Below are positions 55,830-64,000 of a stretch of DNA of 64,000 nucleotides, in pieces (positions within the stretch are counted from its first letter, which is position 1; every line of letters starts with the position of its first letter). Source of the stretch: a virus. Lineage: Duplodnaviria > Caudoviricetes. The DNA is taken from IMG/VR virus record IMGVR_UViG_2897059268_000002, positions 1 to 64,000 of that record, one strand, 5' to 3'. The position numbers and the translations under genes were made by a program. The notes under the pieces are model-generated. The model made no database searches, had not been told where the DNA came from, and saw only the letters and a program-made list of their open reading frames with translations.

Positions 55830-57268
55830 CCGTTTCCATCCCCGAGCTGCCGCTACTGCATCTGTCGGATGACGAGATGGCCCTGATCCAGGTGCTGCGC
55901 GCGGACATGATGCGTGACCGGTGGGCGTTGCAGTTGCGGGACGCCTACTTCAACGGCGAGCAACTCGTGCGCGACCTGGGCATCAGCATCCCGCCGCAGC
56001 TCAAGGGCCTGCACACGGTCATCGGCTGGCCGCGGGTGGGTGTGGAGTCGCTGGAGGAGCGCCTGGACCTGGAGGCGTTTCGGTGGGCGGACGGCAGGGA
56101 TTCGTCGGAGCTGTCGGAGATCGCCGAGGCGAACGACCTGTTCGACGAGTCGTCGCTGGCCCACCTGGATGCGCTGGTGTACGGCCGGGAGTACCTCGCG
56201 GTCGGTTCGGGCACAGATGACTACCCGCCGCTGATCACTGCCGAGTCTCCGTTGGACATGACGCTGATGTGGGATGCCCGTCTCCGGATGGGCACGGCTG
56301 CTCTGCGCGAGTGCGCGGCCGACGCCTTCGTCGAGTCGGGCCCCGAGGAGCGGATGCTGGTCTTGTACCTGCCGGATCAGACGGTGATGTGCCTGCCGTC
56401 GCAGTCGGGCGGGTGGGAGGTCATCAACCGGGACCGTCACAGGCTGGGTGTGGTGCCGGTTGTACGGATGGCGAACCGCCAGCGCACCGCGGACCGGGTC
56501 GGCAAGAGCGAGATCACCCCTGAGGTCATGTCGATCACGGATGCGGCTTGCCGCCGGCTGATGGGTATGGAAGTGGCTGCCGAGTTCTTCGGGGCTCCGC
56601 AGCGCTACATCCTTGGCGCGTCCGAGTCGGCGTTCCAGGACGCCGAGGGCAACCCCCTGGACGCGTGGGCGACCTACATCGGCCGTGTGCTGGGTCTGGA
56701 ACGGGACGAGGACGGCAACGTCCCGACGGTCGGACAGTTCGCCGCCCACGACCCGACGGGCATGACCCGGATCATCGACTTGTACGCCCGGATCATGTCG
56801 TCGCAGTTCGGCCTGCCACCGCACATGCTCGGCTACACCACGGACAACCCGGCGTCGGCGGACGCGATCCGGTCGACTGAGGCGAAGCTCGTGAAGCGGT
56901 CCGAGCGCCGCATTCGGCGGTTCGGCCGGGCGTGGCAGGACGCAATGCGGCTGGCCCTGTGGGTTCGGGACGGAGAGCCCCCGGAGGCGTCACGCCGTAT
57001 CGAGACGGTGTGGCGGAACCCGGCGACGCCGACGGTTGCCGCGCAGGCGGACGCCACGGTCAAACTCGTCTCAGCGGGAATCCTGCCGGCGGACTCGGAC
57101 GTCACACTGGAGATGGCTGGCCTGTCCGAGGGGCAGCGGCAGAGGGTCCGCGCGGACCGCCTGCGGGCTCGTGGCGCGGCGGTTATGGACCGTCTGGCCG
57201 CCCTGGGCCAGGCTGAGGACGGGGCGCAGTCTCCGGAGGTCGTCGATGGCGACGTCAGTCTCGGATGA
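55826..57268 (+). CDS. Portal protein (SPP1 gp6-like)
   Basis: YFNGEQ, GWPRVGVESLEERL, NPASADAI; follows terL. Confidence 0.9.
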   Translation: MTVSIPELPLLHLSDDEMALIQVLRADMMRDRWALQLRDAYFNGEQLVRDLGISIPPQLKGLHTVIGWPRVGVESLEERLDLEAFRWADGRDSSELSEIAEANDLFDESSLAHLDALVYGREYLAVGSGTDDYPPLITAESPLDMTLMWDARLRMGTAALRECAADAFVESGPEERMLVLYLPDQTVMCLPSQSGGWEVINRDRHRLGVVPVVRMANRQRTADRVGKSEITPEVMSITDAACRRLMGMEVAAEFFGAPQRYILGASESAFQDAEGNPLDAWATYIGRVLGLERDEDGNVPTVGQFAAHDPTGMTRIIDLYARIMSSQFGLPPHMLGYTTDNPASADAIRSTEAKLVKRSERRIRRFGRAWQDAMRLALWVRDGEPPEASRRIETVWRNPATPTVAAQADATVKLVSAGILPADSDVTLEMAGLSEGQRQRVRADRLRARGAAVMDRLAALGQAEDGAQSPEVVDGDVSLG

Positions 57269-58001
57269 CAATGCGGGCGCCCGGCGGCAGCGGCAGGTGC
57301 AGCGCGGGCTGTCGCGCCTGCTGGTGCGGGATGTGCGCAAGCTCCGGCGCCTGATCATTCCGTCGAAGTTGCAGGAGACGGTTCCGGACTGGATCGAGGC
57401 TGTGCGCACCGTGGTTGGCGAGTACGGGAACGCCTCGGCTGCGGCTGCCGCTGACTTCTACGAGGCGGAGCGGGTCGCTGCCGAGGTGACGGGCCGGTTC
57501 ACGGTTCCGCTGCTCGACCCGCCGCCGGATGAGCAGGTCAACAACAGCCTCCGATGGGCCACGAAGGACCTGTGGCCGCGTGACCCGAACGACCCCAAGA
57601 CCACCGTCGCCCAACGCGCCCCGCTGGAGGCCCGGCTGGATGCGGCGGAGAAGAAGGCCGAGGGGGTTGCACAGAAGCTGGTCACGGACCAGGGGAGGGG
57701 CACCGTGCAGGCCGCGGTCCGGCAGGACCGTATGGCCGTCGGCTACGCCCGCGCCGCGGCCCTGGGCGCTTGCGCGTTCTGCAAGCTCCTCGCAGCCCGC
57801 GGCATGGTCTTCAAGCGGGACACCGCCGACTTCCGGGCTCACGACGGCTGCAACTGCGGCGTGATCCCGGTGTTTCGCGGGCAGCGGTTCGAGCTGTCCG
57901 CCCATGCGCAGGAGTGGGACCGGTTGTACCGCGAGTACGCCGCCCCGTTTCCGGGTGATCAGTTGCGCCGGTTTCGGCGTGCGATTGCCGAGCACGGCTG
58001 A
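57246..58001 (+). CDS. Minor capsid / MuF-like head morphogenesis protein
   Basis: ACAFCKLLAARG...AHDGCNC. Confidence 0.78.
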   Translation: MATSVSDDNAGARRQRQVQRGLSRLLVRDVRKLRRLIIPSKLQETVPDWIEAVRTVVGEYGNASAAAAADFYEAERVAAEVTGRFTVPLLDPPPDEQVNNSLRWATKDLWPRDPNDPKTTVAQRAPLEARLDAAEKKAEGVAQKLVTDQGRGTVQAAVRQDRMAVGYARAAALGACAFCKLLAARGMVFKRDTADFRAHDGCNCGVIPVFRGQRFELSAHAQEWDRLYREYAAPFPGDQLRRFRRAIAEHG

Positions 58002-58080
58002 GGCCGCTGCTCACTGATTGACGTGGTCGCCCTGGTGGCGGCCTTTCTCATTTCGACAGCCCCTGGAGGGCCGATTCGTC

Positions 58081-58734
58081 ATGCCTGAAGAGACCGTAAG
58101 CACCGAGCAGCAGCAGGCCGAGACCGGCACCGAGGAGACCGTCGAGGATACGGCGCCCGAGGAGAGCGGTGCGGAGTCCACGGAGGACGCCCAGGAGGCG
58201 ACAGCCGAGGACGAGAAGCCGTTCGACCGGAAGGTGGCCGAGGCGAAGATCCGGAAGGCGAACTCGGAGGCAAAGAACCTTCGCGAGCGCCTGAAGAAGC
58301 TGGAGCCGGCCGCAGCCGAGCTGCAGCGGATCAAGGACGCCGAGAAGACAGAGTCCGAGCGCCTCAACGACCAGCTGGCCCGTGCCAACGAGCAGATCAC
58401 CAAGACGCGCGAGCGGCTGGCGAAGGCTCGCGTGCAGGCCTTGGCCGGTGTCGCGGCCGATGAGCGGCCAGCATTCACGGATCCCGAGGACGCGGTCGGT
58501 GCGCTCGACCTCAACTCGTACATCGACAGCGATGGCGACATCGACGAAGCGGCCATCGAGGCCGACCTCCAGGCGCTGCTACAGCGCAAGCCGCACTGGG
58601 CGCGAGTCCAGCCCCAGGAGGGCCCGCGGCGCCCCGCGCCGGACCGCACACAGGCGTCCGGCGCCAACAAGACCAGGCCCCCCGCCCCTGGCGACGAGTT
58701 CGCCGGGTGGCTCACACCGCAGCTCAAGCAGTAG
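58081..58734 (+). CDS. Capsid scaffolding protein
   Basis: Acidic N-terminus, coiled coil, precedes capsid gene. Confidence 0.8.
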   Translation: MPEETVSTEQQQAETGTEETVEDTAPEESGAESTEDAQEATAEDEKPFDRKVAEAKIRKANSEAKNLRERLKKLEPAAAELQRIKDAEKTESERLNDQLARANEQITKTRERLAKARVQALAGVAADERPAFTDPEDAVGALDLNSYIDSDGDIDEAAIEADLQALLQRKPHWARVQPQEGPRRPAPDRTQASGANKTRPPAPGDEFAGWLTPQLKQ

Positions 58735-58755
58735 CTGCGGAGAAGGTAGGACCCC

Positions 58756-59709
58756 ATGGCTACGGCCCCGATCAAGCTCTCTGACGTTCACGCGTCACTC
58801 CTCCCGCGAACGCTGGCGGGACCCATCTTCGAGAAGTCGGTCGAGCAGTCGGCGGTGATGGCGCTGGCACGCCCGGCCCCGCTGGCCATCGACGCAACCA
58901 CGTCTGTTCCGATCCCGATGGACGTCCCGACGGCCGACTGGGTCGGGCAGGCGCAGCGCAAGCCGCTGTCGTCCGGCAGCGTCGGCATCAAGGAGATGAC
59001 CCCGAAGAAGATCGCCGTTCTCATCCCGGTCGCCGAAGAGGTCGCCATGACCAACGCGGGCGGCCTGTGGACGCAGCTCCAGCGCGACCTGCCGACCGCG
59101 TTCGCGAGGGCGTTCGACCACGCAGCGATCCACGGCAAGACGATGCGCGGCGCGACCGGCCCGTTCGCTGAGTACCTGGCGATGACGTCGCAGAGCGTCG
59201 CACTGGGAACTACGTCGCAGGGCCAGGGCGGAATCTGGGGTGACCTGGTCAAGGGCATGGAGCATGTCATTGACGAGGACTGGGACTACACCGGCACCGT
59301 CGCCGACCACCGCCTCAAGCCCAAGCTGCTGCTGGCGACGGACACGACGGGCCGGCCGATCCTGGTCGACACGCAGACCCCGGGCAACGACCAGGCTGCG
59401 GCGGGAACGCTGATCGGGGAGCCGCTCGCGTACTCCCGCAGCGTGTCGGGCAAGCAGCGCCGCCAGTCGGCATCGAGTGACTCGGGCCTGCGGGCGATCG
59501 GCGGCGACTGGTCCCAGGCTGCCTACGGGGTCGGCATGGACATCACCGTGCGGATCTCGAAGGAAGCGACCTACGTCGACGAGGACGACAACGTCGTGTC
59601 GGCGTTCCAGAACAACCTGGTGCTCCTGCTCGCCGAGGCGTACTACGGCTACGTGCAGGGCGACGCGGACGCGTTCGTCAAGTTCACCGGCACCCCGAGC
59701 GGTTCCTGA
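58756..59709 (+). CDS. Major capsid protein (HK97 fold)
   Basis: ADWVGQAQRKP, KKIAVLIPV.EE, AFDHAAIHG, DTTGRPI, FQNNLV. Confidence 0.92.
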   Translation: MATAPIKLSDVHASLLPRTLAGPIFEKSVEQSAVMALARPAPLAIDATTSVPIPMDVPTADWVGQAQRKPLSSGSVGIKEMTPKKIAVLIPVAEEVAMTNAGGLWTQLQRDLPTAFARAFDHAAIHGKTMRGATGPFAEYLAMTSQSVALGTTSQGQGGIWGDLVKGMEHVIDEDWDYTGTVADHRLKPKLLLATDTTGRPILVDTQTPGNDQAAAGTLIGEPLAYSRSVSGKQRRQSASSDSGLRAIGGDWSQAAYGVGMDITVRISKEATYVDEDDNVVSAFQNNLVLLLAEAYYGYVQGDADAFVKFTGTPSGS

Positions 59710-60740
59710 TGGCCGCGGTCCCGGCCTCCGCGCCGGGCGGGACCGCCAAGCCGCTGTCGATCGTGGCCCGCGTCCATGCGATGCCCCCGGAGCACAATGC
59801 GGGCGCCGAGCACATGCTTGTGTCGATGCTCCGGCCGCTGGTCGAGCGTGGGCATGACGTGCAGGTGTGGCTGTCTCGCTATGGCGGGGCCCACAAGGAG
59901 TACGAGTACCGCGGTATTCGGGTCATCCCGCTGGAGTCCCGCCTGGACTTCCCGACCGCGGTCCGCCGGGCGGACGCCTTGGTGGCGCATCTGGAGACGG
60001 TGCCTTCGACGGCGTCGTTGGCCCGCGGGTATGGGGTGCCGTTGGTAGTGGTGTGCCACAACACGCACCGGCCGACGTTCCGGGACATGGCCGCGGGGGG
60101 CACTGCTCTGGCGGTGTACAACTCGCGGTGGATGGAGCGGGAGGCGGAGGTCTTCTTCGCCGAGTTCCCGAAATCCGTGCGCCCTGAGAGCAGCCTGATC
60201 GTGCGTCCGCCGGTGTTCGCCGAGGACTACGCGACGAAGCCCGGTAAGGCGATCACGCTGGTCAACTGCAACCCGGAGAAGGGCGGCAAGGTTCTGAAGG
60301 CCCTCGCCGAGAAGATGCCGGATCAGCAGTTCCTGGCCGTGAAGGGCGCCTACGGGGAGCAGATCCTCCCGGACCTGCCGAACGTGGAGATCGTCGATCA
60401 TGTTCGCGGGGAGGACATGCGGGAGCGGGTCTACGCCCGCACCCGCGTCCTGCTGATGCCGTCCTCCTACGAGTCGTGGGGCCGGGCCGGCGTCGAGGCG
60501 TTGGCAAGCGGTATCCCAGTGGTGGCTCACCCCACGCCGGGGCTCACGGAGTCACTCGGCGAGGCCGGAATTTTCGTGGACCGCGAGGATCTCGACGGAT
60601 ACGAGGCGGTTCTCCGCAAGCTCCTCACCGCACCGGAGTACCGGCTGGCCAGCAAGCGGGCGAAGGCCCGGTCTGTGGAGCTGGATCCGGCCGCCGAGTT
60701 GGCGGAGTGGTGCACTGCGATCGAGGGCCTGGCCCGCTAG
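59709..60740 (+). CDS. GT4-family (GT-B) glycosyltransferase
   Basis: GAEH...LVERGHDV; PSSYESWGRAGVEALASGIPVV (E-x7-E). Confidence 0.9.
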   Translation: MAAVPASAPGGTAKPLSIVARVHAMPPEHNAGAEHMLVSMLRPLVERGHDVQVWLSRYGGAHKEYEYRGIRVIPLESRLDFPTAVRRADALVAHLETVPSTASLARGYGVPLVVVCHNTHRPTFRDMAAGGTALAVYNSRWMEREAEVFFAEFPKSVRPESSLIVRPPVFAEDYATKPGKAITLVNCNPEKGGKVLKALAEKMPDQQFLAVKGAYGEQILPDLPNVEIVDHVRGEDMRERVYARTRVLLMPSSYESWGRAGVEALASGIPVVAHPTPGLTESLGEAGIFVDREDLDGYEAVLRKLLTAPEYRLASKRAKARSVELDPAAELAEWCTAIEGLAR

Positions 60741-60749
60741 GAGGTCATC

Positions 60750-61157
60750 GTGGCGTTCGTGTCCCCGACCGCTGAGCAGCTGGGCATGTACCTGGGCATG
60801 GGGGAGATCGACGGCGACCGGGCTGATCTGCTGATCCAGCAGGCGGTGGCCCTGGCCCAGTCGGTGGTCAGGCCGCTCCCGGATGACGCGTCGGCTGTCG
60901 TCCTGTCGGTGGCTGGCCGGGCCTATGTGAATCCGCAGCAGGTGTCTTACGAGACGATCGGACCGATGTCGGTGCAGCGGCCGACTGGGTCGGGCGGTCT
61001 GTACCTGACGAAGGCCGACAAGGCGGCGCTGAAGAGTCTCGCGGGCCGTGGCGGTGCGTTCACTGTGGATCCGACGCCGGCTTCGGCTGATCCGTCTCCG
61101 ACGTGGCCGCTTGACGAGGCCGTCTTCGGTGACGGGTTTGAGCCGGGGTGGTCGTGA
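60750..61157 (+). CDS. Head-tail adaptor
   Basis: VVLSVAGRAYVNP...ETIGPMS...GGLYLT. Confidence 0.8.
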   Translation: MAFVSPTAEQLGMYLGMGEIDGDRADLLIQQAVALAQSVVRPLPDDASAVVLSVAGRAYVNPQQVSYETIGPMSVQRPTGSGGLYLTKADKAALKSLAGRGGAFTVDPTPASADPSPTWPLDEAVFGDGFEPGWS

Positions 61158-61519
61158 TGCCTGCCCCATATCCGTATGGGGAGACGGTGCGGATCCTGCG
61201 CACTGGGACGTCTCCCGGTCGGGATCCCCGCGGCCAGCCGCTGCCGGGCCCGGACGAGTCGTTCGATCTCGTGGGCTGTGTGGTGGCTCCTCGGGCGGAG
61301 ACTCCGCAGGTGGGCGGGGACCAGCAGCAGGCGCGGGACACGGTGATCGTGGGGTACACCGTGTACGCCCCGCCGGGCAGCGTGGTCCGCACGACGGATC
61401 GGGTTCGGATCCGTGGCGAGACGTGCGAGATCACCGGGTTCCCGGGCGACTGGGGTCGCAGTCCGTTCACCGGGACGGCCGGCCCTGTGCAGTTCGCTGC
61501 GGACCGGGTGACCGGGTGA
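61157..61519 (+). CDS. Head-tail stopper
   Basis: TVYAPPG...DRVRIRGET.EI.G.P..W. Confidence 0.78.
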   Translation: MPAPYPYGETVRILRTGTSPGRDPRGQPLPGPDESFDLVGCVVAPRAETPQVGGDQQQARDTVIVGYTVYAPPGSVVRTTDRVRIRGETCEITGFPGDWGRSPFTGTAGPVQFAADRVTG

Positions 61520-61523
61520 CCGG

Positions 61524-61844
61524 TTAGCTGCGGGCCTGCTCGACGGCTGCCATCAGCATCGCCGCACCGTCGTTGGCGCTGTACCGGATGGAAAGGCTGT
61601 GCGGGTCGGATTGGGGTGGTCGCCCACCTGCCATGAGGCCCCTATCCTCGGTGGCGGGTGCGCTGCCGGGGAGCACGAACTGCATGTAGCCGTGGAACAG
61701 CCTGGTGGCCGGCTTGAGCCGGGTGCCGGTGACGTCGGCTGCGCGGATACGGAACTGGCGCTCCTGCTGGCCGACTTCCTTCTTGGTGATGGTGATCCAT
61801 TCGCCGTCGAAGGTGACGCTGCCCATGACGCCTTTGACGTCCAT
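61524..61844 (-). CDS. DUF4429-like protein inserted antisense in structural operon
   Basis: KGVMGSVTFDGEWITI...LKPATRLFHGYMQF. Confidence 0.7.
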   Translation of the reverse strand: MDVKGVMGSVTFDGEWITITKKEVGQQERQFRIRAADVTGTRLKPATRLFHGYMQFVLPGSAPATEDRGLMAGGRPPQSDPHSLSIRYSANDGAAMLMAAVEQARS

Positions 61845-61872
61845 GCTGCCCCCTGCGTGAGTCGAGGTGGTC

Positions 61873-62205
61873 ATGATGCCCGCGAAGTTCAAGATGTCCA
61901 AGAAGGGCGTCGGGCAGCTCCTCCGGTCTCGGATGATCCAGGCGGACATGCTGGGCCGTGCCGAGGCGATCGAAGATGCGGCCATCGCGATTGCCCCTGT
62001 CGGTGGCCCGTCGGATCCACACCCTGGCCGGTACAAGGCTGCCTTCAAGGTGACGACCACGACTCGTGGTGGCCGCCGCAAGGACCGCGCGACGGCGACG
62101 GTGACGAACTCGGCGTACTACGCCCGGTGGGTGGAGTACGGCACCGAGAAGGTCACAGCGCACCACGTGCTGCTGCGGGCTGCTCAGGCTGGCGGTGGTC
62201 GCTGA
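61873..62205 (+). CDS. Neck/tail completion protein (HK97 gp10-like)
   Basis: YARWVEYGT...VLLRAA. Confidence 0.8.
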   Translation: MMPAKFKMSKKGVGQLLRSRMIQADMLGRAEAIEDAAIAIAPVGGPSDPHPGRYKAAFKVTTTTRGGRRKDRATATVTNSAYYARWVEYGTEKVTAHHVLLRAAQAGGGR

Positions 62206-62606
62206 TGGCCGGCGTTGGATCCGTCGACATTGAGCTCGACCTCATCGAGTGGCTCCAGGCGAAGGCCGGGCCGAACGTGGTCGTTCGCGACGAGGTCGAC
62301 AACAACCTCTTGACGGAGCTGCCGACTATCCAGGTGCAGCGCCTTCCTGCTGGAAGCGACGACGGGTTCCGGGTAGATCGGGCGCTCGTCGATATCGACG
62401 TCTACGCAGCCACCAGGGGCGACGCGATTGCCCTGGCCCTGCTTGTGCGTGGCTGGCTACTGACCCAACTGCGCGGGGCGTCCACTTCGCGTGCCGTATA
62501 CGGGCGGGTCAGCTCGTCGCCACCGCCTGCAATTCGCCCCTACGAGAACACAGGGCTCCGGCGCGCCGGGGCCACCTACGAGATCTACTCGCACCCGGTC
62601 TCCTGA
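62205..62606 (+). CDS. Tail terminator protein
   Basis: LP.IQVQR...DRALVDIDVYA; position before major tail gene. Confidence 0.78.
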   Translation: MAGVGSVDIELDLIEWLQAKAGPNVVVRDEVDNNLLTELPTIQVQRLPAGSDDGFRVDRALVDIDVYAATRGDAIALALLVRGWLLTQLRGASTSRAVYGRVSSSPPPAIRPYENTGLRRAGATYEIYSHPVS

Positions 62607-62679
62607 CCGTCCTTTGGGGCCCGCGCCGCGCCCTTCTGTCCCGCCCATGCGCGGGCTCGTCCATGTCTGGAGACTCATC

Positions 62680-63267
62680 ATGGTCAACATCACCCGCGCC
62701 GCTGACCTGGCGCTCGTCGGAGCGAACGGCGGCGGGTGGGTGTCGCCGGTCGGTACGGCGGCCCCCGCGTCTCCGCTCGCCCAGCCCGCCGCCCCGTGGG
62801 AGCCGCTGGGGGCGATCTCGGATGACGGTCTGACCTACGGGTTCGACGAGGACTCCCAGACGTTCACCCCGTGGGGTCTGACGTCGCCGTTCCGCACGCA
62901 GATCACCCAGTCCATCAGGACGTTCGGGCTGACGGTGTGGGAGACGAACCGGGTCATCGTTCAGTCCCTCCAGTACCGGCTGGACCCGACGGAGCTGGAG
63001 CCGGACGGCGAGGGGCTGACGAAGTACGCGGAGACCGCCAGCCCTGTCCCGGACCGGCGGGCGTTCTGGTTCCTCGTGATCGACGGCGACGCCTTCAAGG
63101 GCTTCTACGTCCCCCAGGGGGAGATCAACGACCGGTCCGATGTGACGTTCAAGCAGGACGAGATGTCCGGCTACGAGTGGACGATCACCACGTACCCCGA
63201 CGAGGCCGGCAACACGGTCTACCACGTCGACAAGCTGCCCGTGACACCTGAGTACACGGGCTCCTGA
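62680..63267 (+). CDS. Major tail protein
   Basis: LGAISDDG, FWFLVIDG, GYEWTITTYPD. Confidence 0.88.
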   Translation: MVNITRAADLALVGANGGGWVSPVGTAAPASPLAQPAAPWEPLGAISDDGLTYGFDEDSQTFTPWGLTSPFRTQITQSIRTFGLTVWETNRVIVQSLQYRLDPTELEPDGEGLTKYAETASPVPDRRAFWFLVIDGDAFKGFYVPQGEINDRSDVTFKQDEMSGYEWTITTYPDEAGNTVYHVDKLPVTPEYTGS

Positions 63268-63359
63268 GCTGGGTGGGCGGGTCACTTCTGCTGGCGCGGG
63301 CCCGGCCCGCCCACCCTTCATTCTTCTGCCCGCGCCACCATTTGAGGAGGCCCGCGCCC

Positions 63360-63770
63360 ATGGCCGCGAACAGCCGCACCACCCGAAAGACCGCAGCAGC
63401 ACGGCCCACACGAACTCCCCGCGAGCTCGCCCCTGACGTCCGCGAACAGGACGACGACGTCACCGCCGCAGAGGCCCAGGAGCTGGAGGCCACCGGCCGT
63501 CACATCACCGTCGACCTGTGCGGCGAACCGGTCCGGGTCGTCCCTGCCGGCGCCTGGCCGGTGTCGGCGCAACGGAAGCTGCGTGAGGGGGACATTGACG
63601 GGTTCATGGCGGCCGTGCTGCACGAGGACGACTATGACCTCTACGTGGAGCTGGATCCTGTCCTCGACGAGTTCAACCAGTTCGTCACGGACGCGCAGGA
63701 GCTGTCCGGGGAACCGCAGGGAAAATCGCGTGGACCCGGCGGGTCGTCGAGGCGCACGCGGAGGCGCTAG
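63360..63770 (+). CDS. Tail assembly chaperone (G-like)
   Basis: Follows major tail gene; slippery G GGA AAA at 63719-63725. Confidence 0.85.
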   Translation: MAANSRTTRKTAAARPTRTPRELAPDVREQDDDVTAAEAQELEATGRHITVDLCGEPVRVVPAGAWPVSAQRKLREGDIDGFMAAVLHEDDYDLYVELDPVLDEFNQFVTDAQELSGEPQGKSRGPGGSSRRTRRR

Positions 63771-64000
63771 AAGGCGATCTCGCCTGGTACTGCAACCCCG
63801 AGGATCAGATCGATGCTTACTGGCGGGGAGAGATGTCACCCCGCCGGCTGCGCGTTCTGATTCAGCGTTTGCCACCGGAGTCGGCCACGATGACCGCCCT
63901 GCGGAATGCCCTGACTCCGGAGGAGTACGAGGAGCAGGCCCGCAACGGGAAGCCCGAAGAGGGGCGCTGGTCCGTACTGGAGCATCTCGTCGCCGGTCTG
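63719..64000 (+). CDS. Tail assembly chaperone -1 frameshift extension (GT-like), truncated by window end
   Basis: -1 frame open: GKIAWTRRVVEAHAEALEGDLAWY...RRLRVLIQRLPPES. Confidence 0.8.

Larger units (their letters stand above)
1..64000. mobile_element. Temperate siphovirus-like prophage, partial (att sites, tape measure and lysis genes not in window)
   Basis: Ordered modules: integrase, repressor/cro, recombination, replication, accessory genes, HNH-terminase, portal, capsid, head-tail connectors, major tail protein, chaperone. Confidence 0.95.

Noticed and set aside
53404-64000. Lysis cassette and tape measure gene
   Set aside because: No endolysin, holin or tape measure recognised; the window ends in the chaperone, so absence is uninformative

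Overview
High-GC actinobacterial DNA, very likely Streptomyces. The window is most of one large temperate siphovirus-type prophage. It runs from the stop codon of a tyrosine integrase (position 1) through the immunity switch, early recombination and replication genes (RecE-like nuclease, Sak4-like ATPase, WhiB, C5 methyltransferase, initiator with iterons, DnaB, PAPS-reductase-like protein) and many small accessory genes, to packaging, head and tail genes. It is cut off inside the tail assembly chaperone. The most unusual feature is a Streptomyces plasmid/AICE-type conjugation module inside the phage (about 29.2-38.5 kb): a KorSA-like GntR with paired operators, Spd-like membrane proteins, TraA-like, TraB (FtsK/SpoIIIE) and a clt-like repeat locus. 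The module has no rep or integrase of its own, which suggests a prophage that can move both in virions and by mycelial conjugation. Other signals: three AGGTCAG-N28-CTGACCT inverted pairs in a 1.1 kb non-coding stretch, a stand-alone copy of the TraB winged-helix domain, a GT4 glycosyltransferase coupled to the major capsid gene, an IS5 element that appears to have captured a passenger gene through a second right end, and short repeats at gene junctions. All family assignments come from reading motifs by eye; no database searches were run.
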